Part shown: positions 26,786 through 39,712 of the stretch, one piece after another
Layout: every line of letters starts with the position of its first letter
Numbering within the stretch: the first letter of the stretch is position 1
Origin: Antedon mediterranea
Lineage: Eukaryota > Animalia > Echinodermata
Assembly (NCBI RefSeq): GCF_964355755.1
Contig: NC_092671.1
Coordinates: 33,738,304-33,802,303, forward strand
Direction of reading: 5' to 3'
DNA length: 64,000 nt
The notes under the pieces: generated by a model
Databases searched by the model: none
What the model was told of the DNA's origin: nothing
Seen by the model: the letters and a program-made list of their open reading frames with translations, nothing else
Translations under genes and position numbers: made by a program

Positions 26786-28877
26786 TTATTAAAATTGTCT
26801 AAAAACATAATCAGGGGTTACATTTAAAATAACTTAAAATAAAAAAGGACTACAAATTTTAAATATTAATACTTATACAGCATATTTCACGCTAATATAA
26901 AATACAATCGTTAATCGTAGGGAGAGAGATCTCCAGCACATATATATTTAATTATTCAATAGGTCAAATATCTTGTCTACTATTTTTCCATTTCTGATCA
27001 GCAGTATAAAAGTTATACGAATACTCAATATTTATGAGGTTTATAATTTCATTTTAAATTGACTCCACCAAATATTTGCAGATTTGTTTGTTTCTGTCGT
27101 TTCTAGTTCCTTATATATTCTTTCTTTATATATTTATATATACGAAAATTAAAGACTGAAATTAATTAATTTATTTACTGTTTGTCACAAATGACATAAA
27201 GTTGTATATATATATATATTGCTAATACATTTTTACTTTCCCTTTGTTTTCACTATTTGCACCTTTCTTTTGTTTTAGGAAGCTATTGTGTGAAGCCAGT
27301 AAAGGAGAGTATTTGTGTTGCAGAAATGGATTGTGTGAATGTTGCTGATTGGAGGAGAGGTATAAGAGTTAAGTTAGGGTGTGAGTTGCTGATTGGTGGA
27401 GAAGGATAAGGTGGTGGTATGTGTACAATTGAGGGAATTTGGAAGGATATGAAATATGAGAGGAGACAGTGAAGGAGGGCTATGTTATGTTAAGCAAGAA
27501 AGGGAGGTGAACATTGTGTGATATAAAGATATACTTTTATATTTAAGAAATTGACCTTTGTATCGGAATTCAGATAGGTTCACAAACTTGACCCAGAAAG
27601 TCCAAAGGAGAGTTTGTCCAGATGTTTTAACGACCATTTAGTTTATAATAGAGTCCCTAAAGAAAACACTTAGCTTAATTTTGTGACTTTCCCATCGTTA
27701 AAACCAGGAGTGATTGACACTATTTAAGTACAGATTTGACAGTGTCATCCATCACAGAAATACCTTATTATACCGTTAATCACTCCCACTTAAACACCCC
27801 TGGATCAACTTAGGACCAATCGTTACCCTCACAGATGATGTAATGACATTATGCAAATGAACTGAGCCAATATACCCCCAAGTTTCAGAAGGGCCCAGAC
27901 ACATCTTACAGCCACCTCACGGAGCACACATCTTACAACCACGCCACGGAACACACACCTTACAGCCACCTCACGGAGCACACACCTCACAGCAGACCTA
28001 CACACTTCACACCTCACCGACAGCATCATTGATCCTCCGCGTTCCTTATGTATACTTATAGTTTTATATTGTACTGAAGTATTATACTGAATAAATAATA
28101 TATGTGTTACGACAGTCAAGCGAGTCAGAGTCCTTCATTAGTACCTCAACAACGCAACATTATATTACATGGTGGAAGACCCGAATTTCATAAGGAACGG
28201 AGTGAGAAAACAAGAAATAAACACTTAACAAGACACGAAGACGAAGACGAAGACAAAAATAACCATATTTGTTTGAAAGGAGAGAAATTTACTTTGACTC
28301 AAAAGACAAGCTGAAATTATATTTGAATGAGATCGAGACAAGCAGAAATTTGATCAAATTATTACCATTGGATGAAGACAAAAAAGATAATCGAGGAAGA
28401 CACAAAAGACAAGCTGAAATTATATTTGAATGAAATCGAGACAAGCAGAAATTTTATAAAATTATAACCATTGGATAAAGACAAAGAAGATAATCGAGGA
28501 AGACCCAAGAAGAATCAAAACAGAAGCAAGCGGACAAGAACTGTTTCGTTTAGAGACTTTCAACTTCACGCCGTTTTTTTTCGATCGTTTTTTTTAACAT
28601 TTACTTTTTTGAACATTGATGAACACCATTCGCATTTTTTTTAATTCGTTGTTTGAAAATTTGAACATTGATGAGCACCTTTAACATTTCTTTAATTCGT
28701 TGTTTGAACATTTAAACATTTTTGAACACTTTTTGCATTCATTTAATTCATTTTTAATTGGATCCGAAGCATTTGGGGTAAGTCAAAGCCATTTTGATTT
28801 TGATTTGTAACCTTGATTGAAAAAGTGAGAGTTTACATATATATACACTAAAATTGTTTTTTAAATTGTTAAAATAA

Positions 28878-29411
28878 TTGTTGAATAAACCCGCCGATAA
28901 TAATAATGAGAAAATTAAGAACACCATTAATGTAGTAAATGACGAAACCAATGTTGAATTTGTAGACGAACATGATAGGACACCAACCCAATTGCAATCA
29001 GATACCCTTACACATCCAACTAAAGTAGAACCCCTTAACTTTCAACCTTACATTGACTGTGTAGAGAATAACATGGGATTAGCAGCCCCATTCCAAATGA
29101 AAGAAGAACAAATCAAGGAACAAACTAATCTAATTATGACAGCACCTAATGATTCAAATATGACATTAAACCGAGGTAGATTTAAAGCAGGACATTTCCA
29201 AGTTTTAGTTTCGTATTCTAAACCGACTTCAGCCAAACGCAACACTGATGAAACAAAACACGAATCTAATGATCGCCAATTTTGGTGGAATATTGACAGA
29301 TATAACGATACAGATAAATTGATTAAAGAGATCATTAAAGATAAACAGATACCGATAAGTGGATCGCCAAAACGATTCATAAAACGTTTGTATAATGCAA
29401 CGAATTACTGA
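28878..29411 (+). pseudogene. 177-codon open frame with a TTG start, probably the C-terminal remnant of pol left by an internal deletion
   Basis: It begins where homology with the autonomous partner's leader ends. No recognisable catalytic motif; the assignment is inference. Confidence 0.4.
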
Positions 29412-30049
29412 TTTAATTTTTTTGCAAGATTATTTTTAAATTACGACATTTGCTAAATTAATGATAGCATAGTCTACGTATTTTTGATGAGATTTGTTAA
29501 GTAATGATGTGATTTCAGTTAAAAGAGAATTGAATTTATGATTAAGTATTGATTTTGTAACGAGTTTGATAATGATTAATTTTGAATTTTGAATGATCGA
29601 TATATTGAGATATTGAAAAGAACGACAATCATTTTGTAACAAATATTTTGTTTAACCTTTGAGTCGTTAATCTCAAGCATTAATTAATTGATATACAATA
29701 ACAGGAGATTTTCTTAGTACTTTTAATTGTAATTTTTTTAACATTGAGTACAAAAGTCGAATTTGCCGACCGATTGAAATCGTAATTACCTGTAAATATA
29801 AATGCTTAAATCGATAAAGTTGTGACGATAACGATATATTGTGGATAAGTTTGTGTCAACGGGACACACACATTTGTTTCTTTAAAGTTTTAAGTGATTG
29901 AGTTTGATATTTTGATTCTAGGCTAATCAGCCACAGTTTCTTGAGTTTTATGTTTCGATTTGATTGATTTATATTTGAAGGCCATTAGAACGCGATAAGT
30001 TGTCGCGCTATTTGATATATATTCATTGTACATATTCTTTAAGTTCTTT

Positions 30050-30175
30050 AAATTTGACCAATTGACGTTTGATTAACGCTCGAGGGAGGAGTAGAGCCAA
30101 TTACGAGCTATATATATAAACAACCGGATGGGCAGACTATAAATAAGTCGCACGAGCGTATCAAATATACAGTAT
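30050..30175 (+). promoter_or_regulatory. Putative internal Pol II promoter for the RING ORF
   Basis: CCAAT at about 30058 and 30097, TATAAATA at 30138-30145, and CAGT at 30170-30173. Confidence 0.45.
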
Positions 30176-30344
30176 TTACTGTCGAATTATAAGTTAATTT
30201 ACTTTTGTGAGATTGTTATAATAGTTGAACTTAAAATTTTATTGTTTGAGTTTTATATCGTTTATTTAGTTTAATATTGTTTATTTTAAATACATTTTAA
30301 TTTTATTTATCGTAATTTTAGTCAATTCCAAATTTCCCCCTAAA

Positions 30345-31214
30345 ATGGAATCCGAAAAGCTTGACGTTACACAGTTATGCTTAAAACACAAAATTCAAAT
30401 GACGCCCCTGTCCACAGAATGTGCCCTTATAAAGAAGATAATCCTTTACCAAAGCGAACAAAACGTAATTCTCCATATTACCAAAATGATGCCATTTACT
30501 TTAGATTCCTTGAAAAGAGTTTTATTATTCCTTTGCGACATCCGTCCAGCAGACCAACTGACAAACCTCAAATTAAATACCCTTTTACACATTGGCAGTT
30601 ATTTATGTTGTTTCGACAAAATGTCCTCCCCCATTATAGACTACATTTGGAAGCATAAGAGTGAACCAGCCCTACTTGACTTTTCCACAATCAACCTTTC
30701 CATTAATCTAGACGGCATCGCCACTTGTATACAAAACACACATGAATTTCACAGACAACATATTTATTCTATGACCCTCCTGCTCTTAGCAATTACAAAA
30801 AACATCAAAGCCCCACAATGCACAACATTTTTTTCAAGAGTCCGACAACAAACAGGCATCATACCCCAAGACGAATTAAAACCTAGCGAACACTCACCAT
30901 TTGGATATGTTGTAACTAAATATAAGAAAAAACTATATTCGCACATTCGTAACATGCAGTACCTGGAAAATAAATACAAAGATACCCCCTGCCAAATTTG
31001 TCAATGTAACCCCGAAATTAAAAACTTTCATACTGATTGTACAATCAACAAATGCTGCGGAACATTGTTTCACAAAAATTGCCAACAAATAAACAAGAAA
31101 TACCAATGCTTGAATTGCGGTATGGTATATTTGAATGAGATGCCTTACACTGCTACCTACATGTTGGACATACCGTGGACTACATCCCATTATTATCGAT
31201 TATTATATGATTGA
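30345..31214 (+). CDS. 289-aa accessory protein with a C-terminal RING-variant/PHD-like (C4HC3) zinc finger
   Basis: Intact ORF with aaaATGG context. The C-terminus is CQIC-x17-CC-x4-H-x2-C-x8-CLNC. It lies inside the LTR element at the position where env-like ORFs occur. Confidence 0.75.
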   Translation: MESEKLDVTQLCLKHKIQMTPLSTECALIKKIILYQSEQNVILHITKMMPFTLDSLKRVLLFLCDIRPADQLTNLKLNTLLHIGSYLCCFDKMSSPIIDYIWKHKSEPALLDFSTINLSINLDGIATCIQNTHEFHRQHIYSMTLLLLAITKNIKAPQCTTFFSRVRQQTGIIPQDELKPSEHSPFGYVVTKYKKKLYSHIRNMQYLENKYKDTPCQICQCNPEIKNFHTDCTINKCCGTLFHKNCQQINKKYQCLNCGMVYLNEMPYTATYMLDIPWTTSHYYRLLYD

Positions 31215-32323
31215 TTTCAATTTATCCTTTATAAATTTTTTTTCTATTTCAAATAATTAACGAGAGTCGACTTCTTGACCGATGTTTTTTAGGGAAACCC
31301 AACCGTTGTGATGTTTATATTTCGGTAATCCGAGTGTAGCATGCCTCCAAAGCAACGGACCCACAATTATGTCGATCTTGAAGAACACTTTTGTTTTTTT
31401 TATATACATTTTTTGTTTCAAATTTTATATAAATTCCGGAATTTTTATACCAAATTCATTTTTAATTTCATTTTTTTAAGAGAGAGAAGAGAGAGAGTGA
31501 AAGTGATAAGGTTACACTTCAGAGTCAATGGTTTTGGCTAACTCAATTTTTGCATATATGTATAATGTTTTTTTTCTTTTATATAACTTTAATTTTGCAT
31601 GCCACTATTATAACCATTTTTATATGTTAAATAGATTAGAAAAAAAAAAAAGGGAAACAGAGGGATGTGATATAAAGATATACTTTTATATTTAAGAAAT
31701 TGACCTTTGTATCGGAATTCAGATAGGTTCACAAACTTGACCCAGAAAGTCCAAAGGAGAGTTTGTCCAGATGTTTTAACGACCATTTAGTTTATAATAG
31801 AGTCCCTAAAGAAAACACTTAGCTTAATTTTGTGACTTTCCCATCGTTAAAACCAGGAGTGATTGACACTATTTAAGTACAGATTTGACAGTGTCATCCA
31901 TCACAGAAATACCTTATTATACCGTTAATCACTCCCACTTAAACACCCCTGGATCAACTTAGGACCAATCGTTACCCTCACAGATGATGTAATGACATTA
32001 TGCAAATGAACTGAGCCAATATACCCCCAAGTTTCAGAAGGGCCCAGACACATCTTACAGCCACCTCACGGAGCACACATCTTACAACCACGCCACGGAA
32101 CACACACCTTACAGCCACCTCACGGAGCACACACCTCACAGCAGACCTACACACTTCACACCTCACCGACAGCATCATTGATCCTCCGCGTTCCTTATGT
32201 ATACTTATAGTTGTATATTGTACTGAAGTATTATACTGAATAAATAATATATGTGTTACGACAGTCAAGCGAGTCAGAGTCCTTCATTAGTACCTCAACA
32301 ACCCAAACATTATATTACAATTG

Positions 32324-33310
32324 ATATGAGAAACTAAGACGTACAGTAAAGAAGAAATTGTAATTGCTGTGGTGATAAAGCAGAAGCATAAAGGAAATGA
32401 AATGAGATATGTAAAGTAAAATAAATAGTGAAATGGAAGTAATACTATAATGCTGTACTTAAATGTAGAACTGTTAATTGTTGAGATTACTAAGGATTAA
32501 TTGAAATTATGTATGTAAATTGAAGAAAGAAATAACTGTTGGAAATAGCAGAATAAGTTGCATTTAAAGAATTGTTGAAGTATTGAAGAGTAACTTTAAC
32601 GTGGAAAAGGAGAAACAAATAATTGGTCGGGAAAATAGTTGCAGTTTGGGGAATAATTATAATTGGTAACACCAGCAGAACGGGAGCAGAGGCGTGGGAG
32701 TTGTTTAGTTGCATGCAGAATCGTTTTAACTTTTATCTTTTTAATTTGTTTTGGTGTCAGCACAGGAGAGAATGCAAGAAGGAACGATATTGTGACCTTT
32801 AGTACTCGTTGAATTATTCATCCTGTGATATTATTGTATTTGGAAGGGTGGTGGTGGTGGGGGGGGGGGGGGCTTGTGGGTTCGGGGATTTATTTGACAA
32901 TAAGAAGATGGTTAATATTTTGTCTGGAAGGATTGGGAAATTTGGGGAATTGTATTAATTGTGTGGGGAATAAGGATACAGTATCATTGTGGGAGAATTG
33001 GTTGGGTTTTTTTTTTGCGGTGATTTTTTTGGTTGGGGTTTGGATTAGAAAGGAAAGAATTGTTTTGCCAAACGTGATTATTAAACTTACTTTTTACATT
33101 TATTTTACGAGTTGTACAGGTGCGGCTATTTACCGTTGTTTACCGGTGGTTAACAGAAATTACATGTCCGAAAGAGCCGTAGTTGCGGCTGTGTGACACT
33201 GTTTTGTATCCAGAGTTTAACCAGGTGTTGAAATATAGAGATTTTCCATCAATAATTTGTTTTCCCATAAGTGTTGGGACTTAATTTCTTTTTATTTTGC
33301 GGTTCTAAAT
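32324..33310 (-). mobile_element. Possible highly decayed L1/Tx1-like LINE 3' fragment (probably continues at about 27.0-27.5 kb, split by the LTR insertion)
   Basis: Minus-strand QHLWENK / IDGKSLYFNTWLNSGYKTV resembles the post-RT region of Tx1/L1 ORF2. Strong strand skew on both sides of the LTR element. Confidence 0.35.
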
Positions 33311-34019
33311 AATATACAATATTGTTTAACTTTAAAGCTGCTTTCAACATATTCATAGACAATACTGGCATATTTTTAATTTAGTATGCGCTTCAGTATT
33401 TAATTTACTACAATTTACAATACAATCAACTGGATGCATATAGTAATTTGAAATACACTTCCAAATACCTGGGTTAGGATTCAAGAGTATCTTAACCCAA
33501 CTCAACTAAAAAGAGTCAACTAAGACATTAACATTTACCATATTTATACCACCTAATATCTACTGTGTTTATAAGAGTTTTTCTTTGATTTTTTCCCTTT
33601 TTCCTCCCCACAAAAATCTACATAACAATGTGTCAACTTTTGGAAGGATATATTATGGTACGTCAAGCATGCAAGCATTGTATATTAATTTCGAAATTGC
33701 CAGAGATTTTATTACTGTTACCTTGGTAAAAAAACGTAAGTTTTCGTTTTTCTAGTATAGTTTTAGAGTTTTCTCTAATTTTAGAACTGTATCATCTTGT
33801 GATTGGTTTGTCACACGGAAGTGAGCCATGTAGAGAGAAAGAGAGGATGAATAAAGATAGACGACAAATACAACGTGTTTTGTTATGTTATTATTGTTGA
33901 TTTCAGACTAACGAGCGAGCCCGTAACAATTTAGGGGTCATCCGGGAACAAAGTACGGAATTGTAGTTGTAGATCGAACTGATGGTAATTTGTGTTGCTA
34001 ATTCTAAGCTGGTTTTATA

Positions 34020-37000
34020 GTCCGGTGGCAGGAGGTGGGAATCACCACCCGAAAGGGGACAAATTGCCATGCAACTTCTCTAGACCAGCATTTTCCGTAG
34101 ATTACGAATATGGAAGGTAATCGATCAGGATAGGAAGCGTTTTCGAGATATAAGGGGTCAAAGTTCAAAATTGACCAATTACAACAATGTATTATGTATA
34201 TGTATCTATATATAAATTTACGTAAGGGCAAAATTCGGTAAATCGCGCCTTACTTCTAGAATTTTTACTCGATGGTATATAAAGTTGGTTCGTACTTTCG
34301 GTACTGATTTTAACCACCTGATGTAACCCTGTTTACTAATTAAATTATGTTAGATAATTAGTTATTGACGATTAAAACGAATTATGTTCAACGATTTTCC
34401 CCAAATAGGGGTGTTTTCCGATCGTGGTATACACTGTCTAATGGATGTCCATCTTGAAAAATACCCGCCACATAAATGCGAGGAGGCTTTGCATTTTCCT
34501 ATCTCCTCCTACGATAATTGTTTTTAATAGCTCAAAACTGGTTGAACAGCTAGAATACAGCATCATAATGTTGAAGACAGGCCGATTTTCTTAAAAAAAT
34601 ACTATTTTGATAGATTTAATATACGATTATACAAATGTATTGATTTGCGATGAATGGAACATCCCAATCTCTCAGTCTGCCAGAGTCTGGTTTAACACAA
34701 GTAAGTAAATTTATGAGTCATTGGTTTAACACATACGGTAGGTAAATATATGGGCCCTTTGAGAATAAACTTGCAATACTTTGACAATACTGTAAATACC
34801 TATGAACTATTTTTGGTCCTAATTTGAATCGAACATTTCTTACTGTGAATGTTCGTACTGTTAGATGTAATATAAAAATATATACAAATAAACTTTATTA
34901 CTGAGATTGTGAATAGGCTCTACTGTTAGATATATAAACACATTATTATATACAAATAAACTTTATACTGGCAGTTCTTTCTCAACGTTTGTATTATTTA
35001 ATAATTACCAAAAATATAAACGTCGTAGTGGTGTATCGTGAAATGTACTTTAATATTTCAATCGATTATGACAGTGACAGTTTTAAATAAACTGAATAAA
35101 GAATGTTCTCTAATATAATTAGGAATCTCTTGCCCTACACGGGAAAAATTAATGTACAATGAATATTTAAAAGAAATAAATACATAAATAAATAAATAAA
35201 ATAAACAAAGTATTAAATCGCAAATGTTTTACTGTATTTAGAGGTATATTATTTATAGACCTATAAAACATGAAAAAAATATTTCGTTACTGAGTGAATA
35301 ATGAATATATTTAAAAATTGTTCCTCTTTGTACCTATCCGCTTTCCCATCCCTCAACCCTAATGTTACATACAAAACACAAATTGGGTTTCTTTAAATGA
35401 GTCCAAATCAAAAATTTAGACTCATTTTGTGCTAAGTTTCTCCTTCGGAAGTAATTCCCGGGGTGCTAATTTTAGTTGACTACATAAATCATCGTGTCTA
35501 TTTATTCGTTTCTGTAAACGACAATGTATTGCGGTATGTACATTTGAAATCGCCAGTTTTGTTACGCTGAAATTACTGTGTATTCGAGAACCATCTGTGG
35601 GCATGACCTAGATGGTACTCGAGCGAAGCGAGCGTACCATCTAGTTATAACAAATTTATTGAAGCACAATTTGGTCTTTTATTAAATTTTTATGATTATA
35701 AGTGTCTATTCAATCACCTTATAAAAAAAAAATATTTTGTAATTAAGGGTCAAATGTCAATAGTGACCAATCATAGAACGTACCTATAAAACCAAATAAA
35801 AACTTATATTTAATAAAAAGTGGATGTTTTCTCATCCTGTTAATCAATCATATGAAATGTAAAATAGCGAATACATCATTTCATCAGTTGACATAAGGTC
35901 AATTTCATCAGTTGATATAAGGTCAAGGGTCAACATTTTAATACATGTATTAGTTAACAAATAAATGCAAAGTCATCCAAACTATGATATTGATGGTTTT
36001 ACAAGTAATCAGATTATTTGATTAGTAAAGTTATGTTATTTCATTATAATTTTGATTAATATAATTATAATACTGTATTTAAGCAAATCAGACTTTGATC
36101 AGGATAGGAAGCGAATAGGAAGAGATAAGGGGTCAAAGTTCAAAATTGACCAATTATAATAATTTATATATACATATGTATTATAACCAATTTATTGAAG
36201 TTCACTTTGGTCTTTTAATACATTTGCATGGTTATAGGTATCTATTCAGTCGCCTTATAAAACAAATACTTTTCAATTAAATGTCAAATGTCAATATTTG
36301 AACAAGTGATATACTAAATAATGCAAAGTTATTCAAACTATGAGATCGATGTTCATAAATGTAATCACGTTTTATATTTTTTCTAGTGCGCATTATTTTA
36401 AATGTATTAATATAATACTGTAAAATAAATAATAAAATTATTAATATTATTAATAGTAGGCCTATGGCGGTTAAAATGTTATGATGTTAATATGTTACGC
36501 TGACCTTCAATGATTTGCCACTATACAGTTGCATTTATTAGGGCTACAATATTCGTTTTTAGGAAAATAAACTACTAATCATCAGAACCAGAGAATACAA
36601 AATCGTACAGGATAGGGCATAGGCAGATCCATGTGGCCAAACTCAATCCACAACTCACTACGAAGACAGACCACAAGTTTTATATAGCCACAGATAGTTT
36701 GGACCATAGAGGAAAGATTTTTCTGTACACAAAAGATTCTAAAATAACCCATATGGATTTGCCCGAATGAACCCTCTAAGGACCCCTTTGGGATCTCTAT
36801 GTGGTGTGCTACATAAGGCCCAATATTAGAAATTAATATGGGGTAAATAGTTCATAGATGAACTATAGAATAAAACTAAAATGTTCACCCTCAATCTTTA
36901 AATAACATTTATGGATTTGCCCAAATGAACCCAAGGACCGATCCTTCATGGCCTTTCGGGGTTCTCTATGTGGTTCTAAAAGAGACCCTATATTGGAAAT

Positions 37001-38558
37001 ACTGTATGTTGGGTGAAAATGTGGGTTCATAGAGATATAATAAATATCCCTGTGCACCCTCGATCATTCATAAGGAACATTTTATGGATTTGCCCAAATT
37101 AACCCAAGGGCCGGTCATTCTCCATGGATGGACATTACGCACCATAATGGAAATATAAGGGGTGACACTGAGAGTTCATATAGACAGGCGCGGCCCATGG
37201 AATAAAGCTGCCTGTGAACTCTCGATCCTTAAGGAACACTTATGGATTTGCCAAAATTAACCCCCCAAAGGCCGCTCCTCCATAGATGGACATTAAGCCC
37301 CATAATGGAAATATAAGGGGTGACAATGTGGGTTTATATATACAGCCAAATGGAATAAAGCTGCCTGTGCACTCTCGATCCTTAAGGAACCGATTTGGAT
37401 TTTGCCTAAAATGAAACAACAGCAGGTCATTTATTTAGACCCTTCTCTACTGTATGTTCAGTTCTACATTTGGCCCCTGTATCGGATCAATGCATTTGGC
37501 TATATAAGTTACTGTGTTAGAAATATATCGGGTAACTAAAACTGTAGGTTCCAATATTAAGCCATGGGAAAAGCCTGTCTGATCTGTGCACCAACAATCC
37601 TTTTAAAAGGAACCCATAGGGATTTGCAAAAATAAACCAAGGGTAACTTCTGAATTCTCTATGAACCGTACATTCCGTTTATTGGAGATACATGGATACC
37701 TGATTGAAATTGCTCAAATGTTTCTGAAAGACATTGTACTCTATAGTAGTAGTATTCCCCTTTCACACCTCTTTGCATTAAATCTGCCCGATAGGCTCTT
37801 ATGTACAGGATTTCAAAGCAATAATCACACTTGAATTTTTCAAGCAGTATAATCTATTAGATTGAATAAGAATATCTATTACAGACCTAAACAATTTGCC
37901 GTTAGAAATCTCTATGCCATGTCGTTATTTAGATGAGAAAACAGGTCAAAGGTTAAAATTACAGAAAACTAGTGTTTCAGTCACTTTTAAAAAAAAATGT
38001 TGCATTATGGCAAGTGTAAACATATATATTGTGAACAATTTGATACCAAAATTGGCTCCTTACGACAAATATTTATTAATTTATGTTTTTATAACCTTAT
38101 TCAATTATGTGAAAGGTTAATAACCACACTTCCGGTCATTTTTAAGCAATGTCATCTGTTACACTGCATATAAATGTATATTTTGGGAACAATTTGCTCC
38201 TATTTTTAATTCTCTCCGACCTGCCGTTACTTAGATATAGCTAAAAGAGGTCAAAGTTCAACATTGCTAAAAATGGGGTTTCCAGTCAATTTTACAAAGA
38301 AAGTTCTGTTAGAGGTAATATGAACATATACATTGTGAACAATTTGACACCAAAATTATCTTACTAGGTCCAGAATTTACAGAGATATAGCATGTTTTTA
38401 TATTGGTCATTTTTTAACTTTGACCCTTATATCTTGAAAACACTTCCTATCCTGATCGATTACCTTCCATGTTCGTAATCTACGGAAAATTCTGATCTAG
38501 AAAAGTTGGATGACAATGTGTCCCCTTTCGGGTGGTGATATCCCTCCTCCTGTCGGAT
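34020..38558. mobile_element. Long-TIR non-autonomous DNA element with internal tandem repeats
   Basis: About 34020-34180 is the diverged reverse complement of about 38400-38558. A motif tatggatttgccc is repeated at 36750-37640. Contains a Helitron. Confidence 0.7.
34205..35644 (+). mobile_element. Full-length non-autonomous Helitron (same family), nested
   Basis: A|TC start, CTAG|T end and terminal hairpin; highly similar to 25588-26785. Confidence 0.9.
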
Positions 38559-38875
38559 TATTAGGTTTAGAGGCATTTTATAGTGAACAAGGTTTGGCGG
38601 TCGTCGAGCCAGTACACTGTGTTGTTGTTTTAGGCTTGTGTATAGGCTTGCCTGTGATACTAGAAGTCGGTTTGGTTTTGATTTTGGGGTCTAGTTATTG
38701 AGATCACGGCGCACGGTAGGTTTTATTACTGTGTGGGCTTGGCAGGTGCCTAATTATCATATTGGTTATTTTAACCTTTGTTTTTGTTGCTATGTCAGAA
38801 AGTGATTTTGACGGGGAATGTTGGGATATCATGTCTATTGAGGTGGTAGCTTAGCTATCAGAGAAGCGTTTGCGA

Positions 38876-39322
38876 CTCCTCAAAATCGTACACAAAAATC
38901 TGCTGCTGGTGTTTACGAAACGAAACGAAACTGAGGCCAGACGACAGGTGGTACTGTTGTAGTTCACAGTAATTTGTATACAGTAATAAATTGTTTTTCA
39001 TCCGCGTTTTTTCGTACACAAAAATCTTTAAAAAAGTACTATTAAACGATCGTTTAATAGTGTGTTATAACACCTAAATACATTCCTGTCATTTAATTGG
39101 ACGAATGTGGGTCACATGGCGTGCTACTATTAAACGATCGTTTAATAGTACCTTTTTAAACATTTTTGTGTACGACAAAAAAAATGTTTCGCGGATGAAA
39201 AAAAATCTAGTATATATTTTTTCTGTGAAATACAACAGCGCCACCTGTCGTTCGGCCTCAGTTTCGTTTGTAAACACAACCGTGAGATATGCAGCAGCAG
39301 ATTTGTGTGTACGGTTTGGAGA
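38876..39322. repeat. Diverged inverted pair (arms about 190 bp), each arm ending in the palindrome CTATTAAACGATCGTTTAATAG
   Basis: 38876-39060 matches the reverse complement of 39125-39322. A related relic lies at about 10227-10360. Confidence 0.7.
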
Positions 39323-39520
39323 TATATATGTACTAATTTCATTCAAAAAGGCATTTAAATTAGCTTTAGATCGTTTTTAGGATTTTGATTAATTAATGGG
39401 AACATCTCTACAAGACGTGGAATCATTGGCAAAAACATAATTAGCCTGGATTAATTACAGTTGCCTGTCAAAGTTTCGTATTGCTGTGTTTCAGCCTAGG
39501 CCTAGTAGAAGACCTAGGCT

Positions 39521-39712
39521 ACAGGAATCTATTTAGATGTTATATAAAACAAATAATGAATGTTTTATATTCGTGTAATGGTACAAATAATGGCATTTTG
39601 TGAATGATGAAAGGTTATATCAACTCGGCGTTGCCTCGTTGATATAACCTTTCATCATTCACCTCATGCCATTATTTGTATTATTACACTCATAAACATT
39701 CATTATTTGTAT
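39521..39712. mobile_element. Palindromic MITE, with a second inverted copy at about 44196-44392
   Basis: Hairpin of about 165 bp centred on caactcggcgttgcctcgttg. Both copies carry the acaggaatctatttagatgttatataa end. Confidence 0.75.

Larger units (their letters stand above)
27517..32319 (+). mobile_element. Young non-autonomous Gypsy-type LTR element lacking gag/RT and carrying a RING ORF
   Basis: TG..CA LTRs at 27517-28169 and 31666-32319 are nearly identical. 4-bp TSD ATTG, PBS-position TGGTGGAAGAC at 28170, and PPT at 31640-31665. The LTR and leader are homologous to 50663-52020. Confidence 0.93.

Noticed and set aside
27829-28119. Cys/Val/Arg-rich antisense ORFs in LTRs (also 31978-32268 and 50969-51175)
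   Set aside because: They arise from short tandem repeats within the LTR.
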